Assembly: GCA_035653595.1 (NCBI GenBank)
Contig: DASRBO010000190.1
Coordinates: 5,167 to 69,166, forward strand
From: Acidimicrobiales bacterium
Lineage (GTDB): Bacteria > Actinomycetota > Acidimicrobiia > Acidimicrobiales > JAJPHE01
DNA length: 64,000 bases
Reading direction: 5' to 3'
Shown: positions 27,773 to 37,414 of the stretch, in pieces
How the letters are laid out: the number at the start of each line of letters is the position of its first letter
How positions within the stretch are numbered: the stretch's first letter is position 1
Notes under the pieces: model-generated
What the model was told of the DNA's origin: nothing
The model's input: only the letters and a program-made list of their open reading frames with translations
The model's database searches: none
Program-made: the position numbers and the translations under genes

Positions 27773-27985
27773 ATGCTGCTGCTGACGGTCTCGCACCACA
27801 CCGCTCTCCGTCTGGGCGAGGCGGGTGCCCTGCTCGCCGCCCTCGGCGCCTTCGCCCTCCTGGTCTTGAGCCTGGCGAGCCGGGGCCCCACCGCCGGCGG
27901 CGGGCCCGCCGCCGTCCGGCCGGTTGCCTACGCCCTGATGACGGCCGGCTTCGTGCTGCAGATCTTCGCCTTCCACTGGAACTGA
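27773..27985 (+). CDS. Hypothetical small membrane protein (70 aa, 2 TM)
   Basis: Very high GC3, two hydrophobic helices, no overlap with other calls. No family recognised. Confidence 0.4.
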   Translation: MLLLTVSHHTALRLGEAGALLAALGAFALLVLSLASRGPTAGGGPAAVRPVAYALMTAGFVLQIFAFHWN

Positions 27986-28129
27986 CCGACCGGCGCCGGT
28001 CGGCATGGCGGCCCCGGCGCCGGTCGGAGAGTGCGGTCCCCCACCGGGTCCAACGGCCCTGGGCCGGATGGGCGCCGGCGGGCCCCGGCGTGTCATCATT
28101 TGCGTACCGAGGCTGAGGGAGCTCTCCGC

Positions 28130-29824
28130 ATGCACGACCTGGTGATTCGCGGCGCCGTAATCGTCGACGGGACCGGAGCCGCCCCGTACTCCGGCGATGT
28201 GGCCATCGACGGAGAGCGAATCTCCGCCGTCGGCGAGGTCCCCGAGCGGGGCCGGCGCGAGATCGCCGCCGACGGGCTGCTGCTGGCGCCGGGGTGGGTG
28301 GACGTGCACACCCACTACGACGGCCAGGCCACCTGGGATCCGGACATGACGCCCTCGTCCTGGCACGGGGTCACCACCGTGGTCATGGGCAACTGCGGGG
28401 TCGGCTTCGCCCCCGCCCGGCGCGACGGCCACACCTTCCTCATCGAGCTGATGGAGGGGGTCGAGGACATACCGGGGACGGCTCTGCACGAGGGCATCGA
28501 CTGGAGATGGGAGACCTTCCCCGAGTACCTCGACGCCCTCGACGCAAAGGCCCGGGTCCTCGACGTGGCCGCCCAGGTCCCCCACGCCGCCGTGCGCGCC
28601 TACGTCATGGGCGAGAGGGCCCACGAGGACGCCACCGTCGACGAGGTGGAGTCGATGCGCAAGGTGGTCCAGATGGCGATGGAGGCGGGAGCGGCCGGCT
28701 TCACGACCTCCCGTACCGCCCTGCACCGCTCACGTCACGGCCTGGTCCCCGGAACAACCGCCCCGTCCGACGAGCTCCTCGCCATCGCCGACGGGGTGGC
28801 GGCCGCCGGCCACGGAGTGTTCCAGCTGATCTCCGACCAGGCCGCCAGCGAGGCGGAGAGGGCGATGATGCTGGAGATCGCCCGCCGCACCGGGGGCACC
28901 GTCACCTACACCCTGGCCCAGACCCCCTTCGACCCCTACGCCTACCGGCACGCCCTCGACGACGCCGCCAGCCTGCAGGCGTCCGGGCTCCGGATCGTGC
29001 CCCAGGTGTCCTGCCGGCCCACGGGCATGTTGTTCGGCCTGCAGTCCTCGTTGCATCCGTTCATAACCCACCCGACCTACCGGGCCGTTGCCGACCTGCC
29101 CATAGACGAGCGGGTGGCCGAGCTGCGCCGCAGCGAGGTCAGGGACCGCCTGCTGGCGGAGGAGCCCGCCACCGACAGCGCCGTGGCCCGGCTGCTCATC
29201 TCCCGCTGGGACCAGATCTTCCCTCTGGGCGACCCCCCCGACTACGAGCCCGCCCCCGACCAGAGCGTGGCGGCGGTGGCGGCGGCCCAGGGTCGGCGCC
29301 CGGAGGAGATCGCCCTCGACTGGCTGCTCGAGCAGGACGGCCGGGCCCTCCTCTTCGCCCCCCTGGCCAGCTATGTGCACGGCACCCACGACGCCCTGCG
29401 GGAGATGATGGTCCATCCCACCACCGTGCTTGGCCTGAGCGACGGCGGCGCCCACTGCGGGCTCATCTGCGACGCCAGCATGACGACCTTCCTTCTCACC
29501 CACTGGGCCCGCGACCGCCATCGCGGCGAGCGCATCCCGGTCGAGACCGCCGTCCATCTCCAGACCGGGCGCACCGCTGAGGTGTACGGCCTGACCGACC
29601 GGGGCGTGATCAGCCCTGGCAAGCGGGCCGACCTCAACCTGATCGACTTCGACAACCTCCGACTGCACCCGCCGCGGATGGTCTTCGACCTTCCCGCCGG
29701 CGGGCGGCGCCTGGTCCAGGAGGTCGACGGCTACGTCAACACCGTCGTCGCCGGCCAGGTCACCTTCGAGCGCTCGGAGCCGACCGGGGCCCGCCCGGGG
29801 CGCCTGGTGCGCTTCCCCCGCTGA
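28130..29824 (+). CDS. N-acyl-D-amino-acid deacylase (D-aminoacylase) family amidohydrolase
   Basis: ATG 28130 preceded by GAGGGAG. Motifs LVIRGAVIVDGTG, GWVDVHTHYDGQ, VVMGNCGVGFAP, LGLSDGGAHCG. Confidence 0.85.
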   Translation: MHDLVIRGAVIVDGTGAAPYSGDVAIDGERISAVGEVPERGRREIAADGLLLAPGWVDVHTHYDGQATWDPDMTPSSWHGVTTVVMGNCGVGFAPARRDGHTFLIELMEGVEDIPGTALHEGIDWRWETFPEYLDALDAKARVLDVAAQVPHAAVRAYVMGERAHEDATVDEVESMRKVVQMAMEAGAAGFTTSRTALHRSRHGLVPGTTAPSDELLAIADGVAAAGHGVFQLISDQAASEAERAMMLEIARRTGGTVTYTLAQTPFDPYAYRHALDDAASLQASGLRIVPQVSCRPTGMLFGLQSSLHPFITHPTYRAVADLPIDERVAELRRSEVRDRLLAEEPATDSAVARLLISRWDQIFPLGDPPDYEPAPDQSVAAVAAAQGRRPEEIALDWLLEQDGRALLFAPLASYVHGTHDALREMMVHPTTVLGLSDGGAHCGLICDASMTTFLLTHWARDRHRGERIPVETAVHLQTGRTAEVYGLTDRGVISPGKRADLNLIDFDNLRLHPPRMVFDLPAGGRRLVQEVDGYVNTVVAGQVTFERSEPTGARPGRLVRFPR

Positions 29825-30978
29825 TGGCCCCAGCCGCCCCGCCGGGCTCGGCCGCCGGGGCCCGCACCCTCGTGGTGGACGCCGACTCCCACGTCATGGA
29901 GCCGGCCGATCTGTGGCAGGAGCGGCTCGAGCCGCGCTACCGCGACCGGGCCATCCGCATCGTCGAGGTCGACGGGGTGGAGCAGCTGATCATGGGAGAG
30001 CAGGTCGTGCTGGCCGGCACGCTCGCCGGCCTCGGCGGGGTCCACCGCGACCGCATGGACCTTTTCGCGGGCGGCCTCCGCTACGTCGACGGCTGCCCGC
30101 CGGCCAGCTACGACCCCGACGAGCGGGTGCGCCTCTATGACGAATGGGGAGTCGACGCCGGGGTCGTCTTCCCGACGATCGGCATCCTCCCGTTCCCGTG
30201 CGAGGACAATGAGCTGACCTCGGCGTACTGCCGGGCCTACAACCGCTGGCAGGCCGATTTCGCCGCCGGCGCCCGGGGCCGCGTGCTGCCGATCGCCCAC
30301 CTGAACCTGGGCGACCTGGACGAGGCTCGGCGGGAGCTGCAGTGGTGCCTCGATCAGGGCTTCAAGGGGGTCTTCCTCCCGCCCGAGCCGGTAGGCGTCA
30401 ACCGCCCGGGCGAGGCCCACTTCGACCCCCTGTGGCGGATGTGCGCCGAGGCCGGCGTGCCGGCGTGCATCCACGTGGTGGTCCGCTTCGGAGGCGCCGC
30501 CGTCCCCTACGCCGCCTGGCACCAGGCCGGCGCCGGCCTGCTGTTCGGCTTCGCCCTGGGGGCCCCCGGCCAGATCATCCCGACCGTGGCGAGCATGGTC
30601 CTCGACGGGGTCTTCGACCGGGTTCCGGAGCTCAAGGTGCTCTGCGTGGAGGCCGGGGCCGGATGGGCCGGGCACCTGATGGACCGCCTCGACGAGAAGC
30701 ACTCGGTGTTCGGGGCCATGGCGCCGCCGCTCGAGCTCAAGCCCAGCGACTACCTGCGGCGCAACGTCTGGTACGTCGCCGAGCCCGAGGAGCGCACCAT
30801 CGGGGCGATGCTCGACATCGTCGGCGAGGACCGGATCCTCTGGGGGTCTGACTTCCCTCACATCGACTCGACCCTCGAGGCGCCCCATCTGATTCGGCGC
30901 CAGCTGGAGGATCTGAGCCCGACGCGGAGATCGGCCGTGCTCGGCGGCAACGCGGCCAAGCTCTTCGGCCTCAGCTGA
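29824..30978 (+). CDS. Amidohydrolase_2 (ACMSD/lactonase-type TIM-barrel metal hydrolase) family protein
   Basis: TGATG overlap with the upstream stop. It has VVDADSHVMEP at the N-terminus and WGSDFPHID near the C-terminus. Confidence 0.85.
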   Translation: MAPAAPPGSAAGARTLVVDADSHVMEPADLWQERLEPRYRDRAIRIVEVDGVEQLIMGEQVVLAGTLAGLGGVHRDRMDLFAGGLRYVDGCPPASYDPDERVRLYDEWGVDAGVVFPTIGILPFPCEDNELTSAYCRAYNRWQADFAAGARGRVLPIAHLNLGDLDEARRELQWCLDQGFKGVFLPPEPVGVNRPGEAHFDPLWRMCAEAGVPACIHVVVRFGGAAVPYAAWHQAGAGLLFGFALGAPGQIIPTVASMVLDGVFDRVPELKVLCVEAGAGWAGHLMDRLDEKHSVFGAMAPPLELKPSDYLRRNVWYVAEPEERTIGAMLDIVGEDRILWGSDFPHIDSTLEAPHLIRRQLEDLSPTRRSAVLGGNAAKLFGLS

Positions 30979-31963
30979 GCGGCGTGGGGGCGTCGGGCGA
31001 GATCACCTTCGCCCTCCTGAGCTCCTCCCACAGACCGGCGGGGATGTAGCGGTCGGTCATGGCCACGTTGTCGGCCACCTCCTGGGGGCTGCGGCAGCCC
31101 ACGACAACGGCTGCGACCGCCGGGTGGGCGAGCGCGAACTGCAGGGCGACCGCAGGCAGCTCGACGTCGTGGCCGGCACACAGCTCGGCGAGCACCGCCA
31201 CCCGTTCCTGCACCTCCGGCGGCGCCGGGGCGTAGTCGAAGGTGGCCCCCGGGCCGGGGGCGGCCAGGATCCCGCTGTTGAACACCCCACCCAGGACCAC
31301 GGCAGTCCCCGACGTCGAGCACTGCTCCAGCAGATCCAGGCCCGGACGCCCGTGGTCGAGGAGGCTGTAGCGGCCGGCCAGCAGCACGCAGTCGAGGTGG
31401 AGCTCGCGCACCAGCCGGGCCAACAGCGACGCCTGGTTCATCCCGACCCCGATGGCGCCGACGGTGCCCTCGTCCCGCAGCCGGACCAGGGCCGGATAAG
31501 CGCCGGTGACGGCGTCGTCGTGGTGGTCGTCGGGGTCGTGGATGTAGGCGATGTCGACCCGGTCGGTCCGCAACCGGGCCAGGCTGGCTTCGACCTGGCG
31601 CAGCACCCCGTCGTAGGAGAAGTCGAACACCGACTTGAGAGGCGGGGCGCCGACGAAGAGGTCGGCGGGATCCTCCGGGCGGCGCGGCTCCAACCGCCGG
31701 CCGACCTTGGTGGACAGGGTCAGCTCGCCCCGGGGCCGGCCGGCGAGGGCGGCTCCCAACCGCTCCTCGCCCAGCCCGGCCCCGTAGTGCGGAGCGGTGT
31801 CGAACAGCCGCAGGCCGGCGTCCCATGTCGCCGCCACCACCCCGAGGGCCTGCTCCTCGGAGACCTGGCGGTACAGGCCGGCCAGGACCGCGCCACCCAG
31901 GCCCAGCCTGGTGGTGACCGATGCGCCTATGCGGGCGGGGGCGAGTGACCGCCGCTCGGTCAT
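30971..31963 (-). CDS. Aldo/keto reductase (D-threo-aldose / L-fucose 1-dehydrogenase-like)
   Basis: Trimmed to ATG 31963, which forms an ATGA overlap with the SDR stop. Motifs LGLGGAVLAGLY, LFDTAPHYGAGLGEERLG, AYIHDPD. Confidence 0.85.
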   Translation of the reverse strand: MTERRSLAPARIGASVTTRLGLGGAVLAGLYRQVSEEQALGVVAATWDAGLRLFDTAPHYGAGLGEERLGAALAGRPRGELTLSTKVGRRLEPRRPEDPADLFVGAPPLKSVFDFSYDGVLRQVEASLARLRTDRVDIAYIHDPDDHHDDAVTGAYPALVRLRDEGTVGAIGVGMNQASLLARLVRELHLDCVLLAGRYSLLDHGRPGLDLLEQCSTSGTAVVLGGVFNSGILAAPGPGATFDYAPAPPEVQERVAVLAELCAGHDVELPAVALQFALAHPAVAAVVVGCRSPQEVADNVAMTDRYIPAGLWEELRRAKVISPDAPTPLS

Positions 31964-32703
31964 ACCGCCGACATGCCACCGTCCATGACGAACACCGATC
32001 CGTTGACGAAGCGGGCGTCCTCGCTGGCGAGGAAGGCGATGCCCGAAGCCACCTCCTCCGGCGAGCCCATCCTCCCGTCGAGCTGGCGTTGCTCCATCGC
32101 CCGCCGGTCGGCGTCGGGGTCGGTCGAGTTGGCCAGGATCTTGTCGATCCACTCGGTGGCGACTGTCCCGGGGCAGATGGCGTTGGCCCGGATCCCCTGA
32201 TGAGCGTGGTCGACGGCGATCGCCCTGGTGAGGCCGACGAGCCCGGCCTTGGAAGCGCAGTAGGCCGCCCGGTTGCGCACCCCGACCACGGCGGCCACCG
32301 AGGCCACGTTCACGATCACCCCCCCGCCGCCGGCGATCATCACCGGCAGCACGGCGCGGCAGGCCAGGAACGGGGCGGTGAGGTTGACCGACAGGGTGGC
32401 GTCCCACTGCTCGGGATCGGTGCCTACCGTGGTGGCGGCGAAGCCGATGCCGGCGTTGTTGACCAGCAGGTCGATGCCGTCCCACGCCGAGCAGATCCTT
32501 GCCACCGCTGATTCCAGCCCGGGGCGGTCGGTCAGGTCCACCACCTCGCTCAGCGCCTCCGGCACGGAGCGGACCAGCCGGTCGAGGCCCGCGGCATCCC
32601 GATCGACCACGGCGAGGCGGTATCCGTCGGCCGCCAGGCGCCGGGCGGTCGCCCGACCGATCCCCGAGGCGGCCCCGGTGACCAGGGCCCGCCTAGCCGA
32701 CAT
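31960..32703 (-). CDS. SDR-family oxidoreductase
   Basis: 247 aa. Motifs TGAASGIGRA, NNAG, YCASKAG. Confidence 0.9.
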   Translation of the reverse strand: MSARRALVTGAASGIGRATARRLAADGYRLAVVDRDAAGLDRLVRSVPEALSEVVDLTDRPGLESAVARICSAWDGIDLLVNNAGIGFAATTVGTDPEQWDATLSVNLTAPFLACRAVLPVMIAGGGGVIVNVASVAAVVGVRNRAAYCASKAGLVGLTRAIAVDHAHQGIRANAICPGTVATEWIDKILANSTDPDADRRAMEQRQLDGRMGSPEEVASGIAFLASEDARFVNGSVFVMDGGMSAV

Positions 32704-33376
32704 CGACGGGCTCGTCCACCTCGAGGCCGACGGCGTTCAACCACAGGCCGGCCAGCAGCCGGCCGGTCTCCTCCGGCGACGGGGCGGCCCCGTCGGGCGG
32801 GTCGAAGACATAGGTGACATAGCAGTACCGGTCCGCCATACCCGCCAGGGCGCGGGCGGCCGATCGGGGATCGAGGTCCGGCCGGACCGTGCCCGCCCGC
32901 TGGGCCCGGCGCAGCTCGGACTCGATGGTGCGCTCGAAGACCCGCCCCAGGGTGCGCCGCAGCTCGGCCAGGTCGTCGTCGACGTGGCACACCTCATCCC
33001 ACACCCGGGCCACCTCGGGCGCCTCGGCGTAGCCGGAGGCGTAGTTGGTGAGCACCCGCTCGAGGCCCGGCCGTCCCTCCACTATCCGCCAGGTGATGTC
33101 CGATCGGGACACTAGCGTGCGCAGGCCGGCCTGGATGATGGCCGCCACCAGATCGGAGCGGTCGCGGAAGTACTGGTACACCGCCCCGAGGCTCACCCCG
33201 GCGGCGGCGGCCACCTCGGCCATCGTGGTGCGCTGGTAGCCCTGCTCGAGGAACAGGCGCAGGGCGGCCTGCAGGATGGTGTTGCGGGTGCGCTGGGCCC
33301 GGGGCCCCGCAGGCACCTCGCGGCCCCCGTCCCGCCGCACCGCCCGCTCGGCGAATATCCGGTCGATGATGCTCAT
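32693..33376 (-). CDS. TetR-family transcriptional regulator
   Basis: Trimmed to ATG 33376, which forms an ATGA overlap with the upstream stop. The HTH reads TRNTILQAALRLFLEQGYQRTTMAEVAAAAGVSLGAVYQYF. Confidence 0.85.
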   Translation of the reverse strand: MSIIDRIFAERAVRRDGGREVPAGPRAQRTRNTILQAALRLFLEQGYQRTTMAEVAAAAGVSLGAVYQYFRDRSDLVAAIIQAGLRTLVSRSDITWRIVEGRPGLERVLTNYASGYAEAPEVARVWDEVCHVDDDLAELRRTLGRVFERTIESELRRAQRAGTVRPDLDPRSAARALAGMADRYCYVTYVFDPPDGAAPSPEETGRLLAGLWLNAVGLEVDEPVDVG

Positions 33377-33930
33377 TGGCGCGGCACCGGCTCCGGGTGC
33401 AGCAGGCCCGTCTGCAACTGGTAGGAGATCACCTGCCCGAGGACCTGCTCGGGGTTGACCCGGGCATCGTCGAGCTGGAGCACCTCGAACACCGTTCGCC
33501 CGAACCACACGAACAGGGTCCGCTGGGGCGCGCTGGTCACCGCCACCTCCACACCGTCCTGGCTGATGGTGGTCGGTGACACGCCGTCGAGCACGCCGCT
33601 CAGGACCTCGGAGCGGTCCGAGGAGTTGGTGAGGGAGATGTCTGGGGTCACCGTGGCGATCTGCAGGGTCCCGACGAGGAGGTGGCCGTCGTGGATCTCC
33701 CACAGCCGTCCGTCGTAGACGAGGGAGTCCTTGCCTGCGTTGGCGAAGGCCTTCCGGTCGCCCGGGTACTCGGCGAGGGTCAGGGACGACCCCAGGCCCG
33801 GGGGTACCAGGGCCAGTGGCACCTTGACCGCCGCTGCCACCTGGCGAGGGGCCGCCGCGCAGGAACTGAGGGCGGCCGCCGCCAGCCCGGCCATCACCGG
33901 ACCGAGGACCCGGATCCTCCGCCGGCTCAA
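33373..33930 (-). CDS. Hypothetical lipoprotein
   Basis: TTG 33930 forms a TTGA overlap with the upstream stop. The signal peptide plus lipobox reads MSRRRIRVLGPVMAGLAAAALSSC. No family recognised. Confidence 0.65.
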   Translation of the reverse strand: MSRRRIRVLGPVMAGLAAAALSSCAAAPRQVAAAVKVPLALVPPGLGSSLTLAEYPGDRKAFANAGKDSLVYDGRLWEIHDGHLLVGTLQIATVTPDISLTNSSDRSEVLSGVLDGVSPTTISQDGVEVAVTSAPQRTLFVWFGRTVFEVLQLDDARVNPEQVLGQVISYQLQTGLLHPEPVPRQ

Positions 33931-35030
33931 TTCGGGGTCTCCGAGTTGAGGGTGGCGGTGTAGTTGAGGCCGACCACGACGGCGGAGTTCTTCTGTGTGT
34001 AGCTGGTCGTGGTATCGATGTGCTGGCTCAACAGCAGCCCGCCGTACTGGGGGGCGATGTCATAGACGTTGGGGTCGCTGGTGCTGGTGGTCGAGCTCAG
34101 CCCGGTCTGGGGGTTGCTGACCTTCTCGTTGGAGATCACCCGGTAGGCGGCGTAGACCTTGCCGCACAGATCGACGTTCTCGACCTTGGAGATTGAGCCC
34201 TGCACCACCATGGTGGTCCCGGTCTTCTGGTCGGTGCCGGCCGAGTTCCAGGAGGTGCCCGGACCCTTCTGGAACGAGACGATGGTGATCGGCGGTTGGG
34301 GCTGGAAGGTGGAGGTGCCGTTCGAGTTCTCCACGACCTGCTTCACGAGCTCGAGGGAGCCGGTGGTGCCGGGGCCCGTCCCCGCCTCCTGATTGGCCCG
34401 GTTGGAGGCGCTGTTGCTCGTCACATTGGCCTGGTAGGTGGTGGTGGTCTGGCTCCCGTCGATGCCGAGGGTCACCACGTCGTAGGAGATCGACCTGGTG
34501 TCGCCGTTCACTCCGACGCTCTCGCCCTGGATCGGGGTGACGGTGTCAGAGGACTGGCCACGGTGGACGTTGTTGATGGTGAACTGGCCCACCGGCGGGA
34601 AGTTGCCGCTGATCGTGATCCCGCCCTCGGTCAGGCTGAACCGGCCCTTGTTGTGGGTGGTGTACACCCCGGATGCGGGAGGATCGGTCACCAGCACCTT
34701 GACGTCCTCGGGGGGGCGGGCGTCGGGGGGTGCCTTCGGGCAGGAGTTGAACGGACCGCGGTTGGCCAACCCGCTGAAGCCCGATGTTCCGGAGGGGTTC
34801 TCCAGCGAGGCGACCTGAGTGAGGAAGGTCGCGTACGACCCCACCGGCTGGGGCAGCAGCTGCACCACCCTGGTGGTCTTGAGGGGCCCGTTGGCGAAGG
34901 CCAGGTTGAGGCCCTCGGTCTTGACGCCGACCTCGAAGCCCCGGCCGCTGTTGAAGCTGCAGGCGCTGGCCCCGAGCCCGAGCACCAGCACCGCCAGCAC
35001 CGACGCGGTCGTCCTGCTCCTCGTCCTCAT
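33927..35030 (-). CDS. Hypothetical Thr/Ser/Asn-rich lipoprotein
   Basis: Trimmed to ATG 35030 (ATGA overlap). The signal peptide plus lipobox reads MRTRSRTTASVLAVLVLGLGASAC. The mature part is beta-rich and T/S/N/G-rich, and visibly lower in GC than its neighbours. Confidence 0.7.
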   Translation of the reverse strand: MRTRSRTTASVLAVLVLGLGASACSFNSGRGFEVGVKTEGLNLAFANGPLKTTRVVQLLPQPVGSYATFLTQVASLENPSGTSGFSGLANRGPFNSCPKAPPDARPPEDVKVLVTDPPASGVYTTHNKGRFSLTEGGITISGNFPPVGQFTINNVHRGQSSDTVTPIQGESVGVNGDTRSISYDVVTLGIDGSQTTTTYQANVTSNSASNRANQEAGTGPGTTGSLELVKQVVENSNGTSTFQPQPPITIVSFQKGPGTSWNSAGTDQKTGTTMVVQGSISKVENVDLCGKVYAAYRVISNEKVSNPQTGLSSTTSTSDPNVYDIAPQYGGLLLSQHIDTTTSYTQKNSAVVVGLNYTATLNSETPN

Positions 35031-37414
35031 TCTGCTCCTCTGCCCGTGCGGCTCAGCCGGCGCAGCACCACCCGGGTCGCCCCCCGCCGTCGGCGGCGCT
35101 GGGTGCCCCCCTGCCGGGCCGGGGCCGGCGCCTTGGGCCGGCGCCGCCAGTAGGCCGGCGGCCCCGGGAGCTCGTCGTCGTACGGCTCCCGCAGGGACGC
35201 CCGGCTCAGGGCGGCCAGCACCCGCGACTGGAGGGGCTGGGCGGCGGCCAGCCGCCGGCGAAGGGAGCGCGAGTAGCGGCGAGCGACCTCGACGTCGTCC
35301 GGGGTCGTGGCCCCGGCCATGTCCCCGTAGAGGGCCCGGGTGACCAGCCAGGCCAGCTCGCCGTGCTCGTCGTCCTCGGCCACGTGGTCGAGGAACTCGA
35401 TGGGCGTGGCGTAGGGGTCCCCGACCCCGAGGTCGGTGGCGGCATCGCGCATCTCGCAGTACTCGGCCAGGACCTCGGCCTCCGGGCTGCGGGCCGCCGC
35501 CCAGCGCCGGCGCCTCAGCCGCCGCCCCAGCCGCCAGGCGGACGGGAGGGCGAGGTAGAGCGCCACCAACAGGAGGATGAGGGGCAGGATCTGCAACAGC
35601 ACCGTGCGGACCTGCTGGTAGAGGGCCTTGAGATCGCGGATCTTCACCGGCACGAAGATGTTGACCGCCACGTTGGCCCCGGGCTGGATGGCCGGGTTGT
35701 ACTTGACGTTCTTGTCGTTGTTGAGGCTGGCCTGCGCCCGCGGCGGAGTGGTCACGATCGGGAGCCACCCGTGGCCGGGGAAGTACACCTCCAGCCACTG
35801 GGCGGCGTCCTTGGGCCTGACGGTGTTGACCCCGTTCACCGGCTCAACGCCGTCGAAGCCGAACCCGATCCTCGATGGGACCCCGGCCCACCGGGCCAGC
35901 AGGGCCTCGGTGGCCACCAGCTCGAACGGGCTGCCCTGATGGTTGCCGGCCAGGATCCTCTGGACCTTGGACGGGGTCACCGGACTCGGGCTCCCTCCGC
36001 CGACGGCGATCTCGACCTGGCTGAGCCTGGCCAACAGGTAGCTCATCCGGTCGAACGGGTTCAGGGGGGCCTCGGACAGCAGCGTCTTCACTGCCGGCGG
36101 GGGGCTCGGGACGTGGAGGTAGTCGGCCTTGTCGAAGCCCCTGGGCAGGCTGCCCGCCCCCCGCAGCTGGTCCGGTGTCGGGTACTTGGGCAGGGTGACC
36201 TGGTAGGTGAAGTTGGCCGGCACCCGGCCCACCGCCATCCGGAAGGTTCCGGTCCTGCCGTCGTAGAGGAGGTTCTGGCCCGGAGCGCTGATCGAGACCG
36301 GACCCACCACCCCAGGCAGCACCGGCGTGGTGCCCAGGTCGCGGGTGGTGAGGCTGACCGTCACGGTGGGGCCGCTGGTCGACCGGACCTCCCCGGAGGC
36401 GGGAACCGGCTTCACGTCCTTGGTCTGGTACGGGGGCAGCAGCCAGTTGGAGCCGTCGTAGACGTCGAGGTCGCCGGTCTTCCAGGGCCCGGTTATCGGG
36501 GCCTTCACCTCGAACAGGTCGGTGTCGGGCACGGTGGCGAGGGAGACCGCTTTGGGCTTCTGGGGTTTGGACTGTGGGTTGTAGATCGGCTTGGGGAAGA
36601 GGAACGAGGTCTGGTTGAGAAGGATCAGGAACACCACCGCCGGCGCCAGCAGAGCCAGCCCCCGCACCGCCCGGCGGAGCTCGAACTGCCTGGTCAGCTG
36701 GGAGGCGCTGCGGCCGTCGCCGCCGAAGAGGACGGCGAGGGCGGCCACCAGGGGGACGAAGGCCAGTAGGCCGGCCAGCAGCTGCTGGTCGCTGGGCTGG
36801 GAGATGGCGGCCAGCAGCAACAGGGGCAGCGGGATGACCAGGGCGGTCTGGGGCCGGTCCAGGGCCGCGCCGACCCAGGCCGAGGCGAAGCCGACGAACA
36901 TCAGGATCATCAGCAGCAGGGGCCGCCAGCCGGCATCGAACGGAACCGGCGGGCGCAGCAGCCGGCCGCTGTGGACGGCGGCGCTGATCTGGCTCATGAA
37001 GCCGCCCGAGGAGGAGCCGGCTCCCACCACCAGGGTGAGGAAGCCCAGCACCACAGCCACCGGCAGCATCCCGAACGAAAGGACGGTGCGGCGAGCGGGA
37101 TAGCGCAGCGACAGCCAGGCCCACGCCACCCCGATCAGAGCGGCGACCGTTCCGAAGAGGCGGGCACCCCAGGATCCGAATATCCCCCCCACGGTGAGGG
37201 CGGTCGCCGCCGAGGCCAGCATGGCGACCAGCAGCGGCCGGAACCGCACTGCCGCCGTCGTCGCCTGCTCCTCTTCCGGGGCGGGCGCCGGGCCGGTCGA
37301 AGGAGCCGGAGCCTCCGGAGCGGCGCCGGGCGCGCCGGAGCGGTCGTCGCCGGCCAGCAGCGACGGGGCGGCGATGGTCTCGACCGGGGCGGCGGGCTCC
37401 AGCGTGTCGGTCAT
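35027..37414 (-). CDS. Transglutaminase-like multi-pass membrane protein (TgpA-like: N-terminal TM bundle, TGase-core-like domain, C-terminal TM + DUF4129-like region); catalytic triad not conserved
   Basis: Trimmed to ATG 37414, which forms an ATGA overlap with the DUF58 stop. About 6 N-terminal TM helices. The core-like segment is GSPFELVATEALLARWAGVPSRIGFGF ... AAQWLEVYFPGHGWLPIVTTP, followed by a late TM helix and an R-rich tail. Confidence 0.8.
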   Translation of the reverse strand: MTDTLEPAAPVETIAAPSLLAGDDRSGAPGAAPEAPAPSTGPAPAPEEEQATTAAVRFRPLLVAMLASAATALTVGGIFGSWGARLFGTVAALIGVAWAWLSLRYPARRTVLSFGMLPVAVVLGFLTLVVGAGSSSGGFMSQISAAVHSGRLLRPPVPFDAGWRPLLLMILMFVGFASAWVGAALDRPQTALVIPLPLLLLAAISQPSDQQLLAGLLAFVPLVAALAVLFGGDGRSASQLTRQFELRRAVRGLALLAPAVVFLILLNQTSFLFPKPIYNPQSKPQKPKAVSLATVPDTDLFEVKAPITGPWKTGDLDVYDGSNWLLPPYQTKDVKPVPASGEVRSTSGPTVTVSLTTRDLGTTPVLPGVVGPVSISAPGQNLLYDGRTGTFRMAVGRVPANFTYQVTLPKYPTPDQLRGAGSLPRGFDKADYLHVPSPPPAVKTLLSEAPLNPFDRMSYLLARLSQVEIAVGGGSPSPVTPSKVQRILAGNHQGSPFELVATEALLARWAGVPSRIGFGFDGVEPVNGVNTVRPKDAAQWLEVYFPGHGWLPIVTTPPRAQASLNNDKNVKYNPAIQPGANVAVNIFVPVKIRDLKALYQQVRTVLLQILPLILLLVALYLALPSAWRLGRRLRRRRWAAARSPEAEVLAEYCEMRDAATDLGVGDPYATPIEFLDHVAEDDEHGELAWLVTRALYGDMAGATTPDDVEVARRYSRSLRRRLAAAQPLQSRVLAALSRASLREPYDDELPGPPAYWRRRPKAPAPARQGGTQRRRRRGATRVVLRRLSRTGRGAE

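Noticed and set aside
33927-35030. Lower-GC Thr/Asn-rich lipoprotein gene as horizontally acquired DNA
   Set aside because: The gene is embedded by ATGA overlaps in a native-looking operon. The GC dip is explained by its amino-acid composition.
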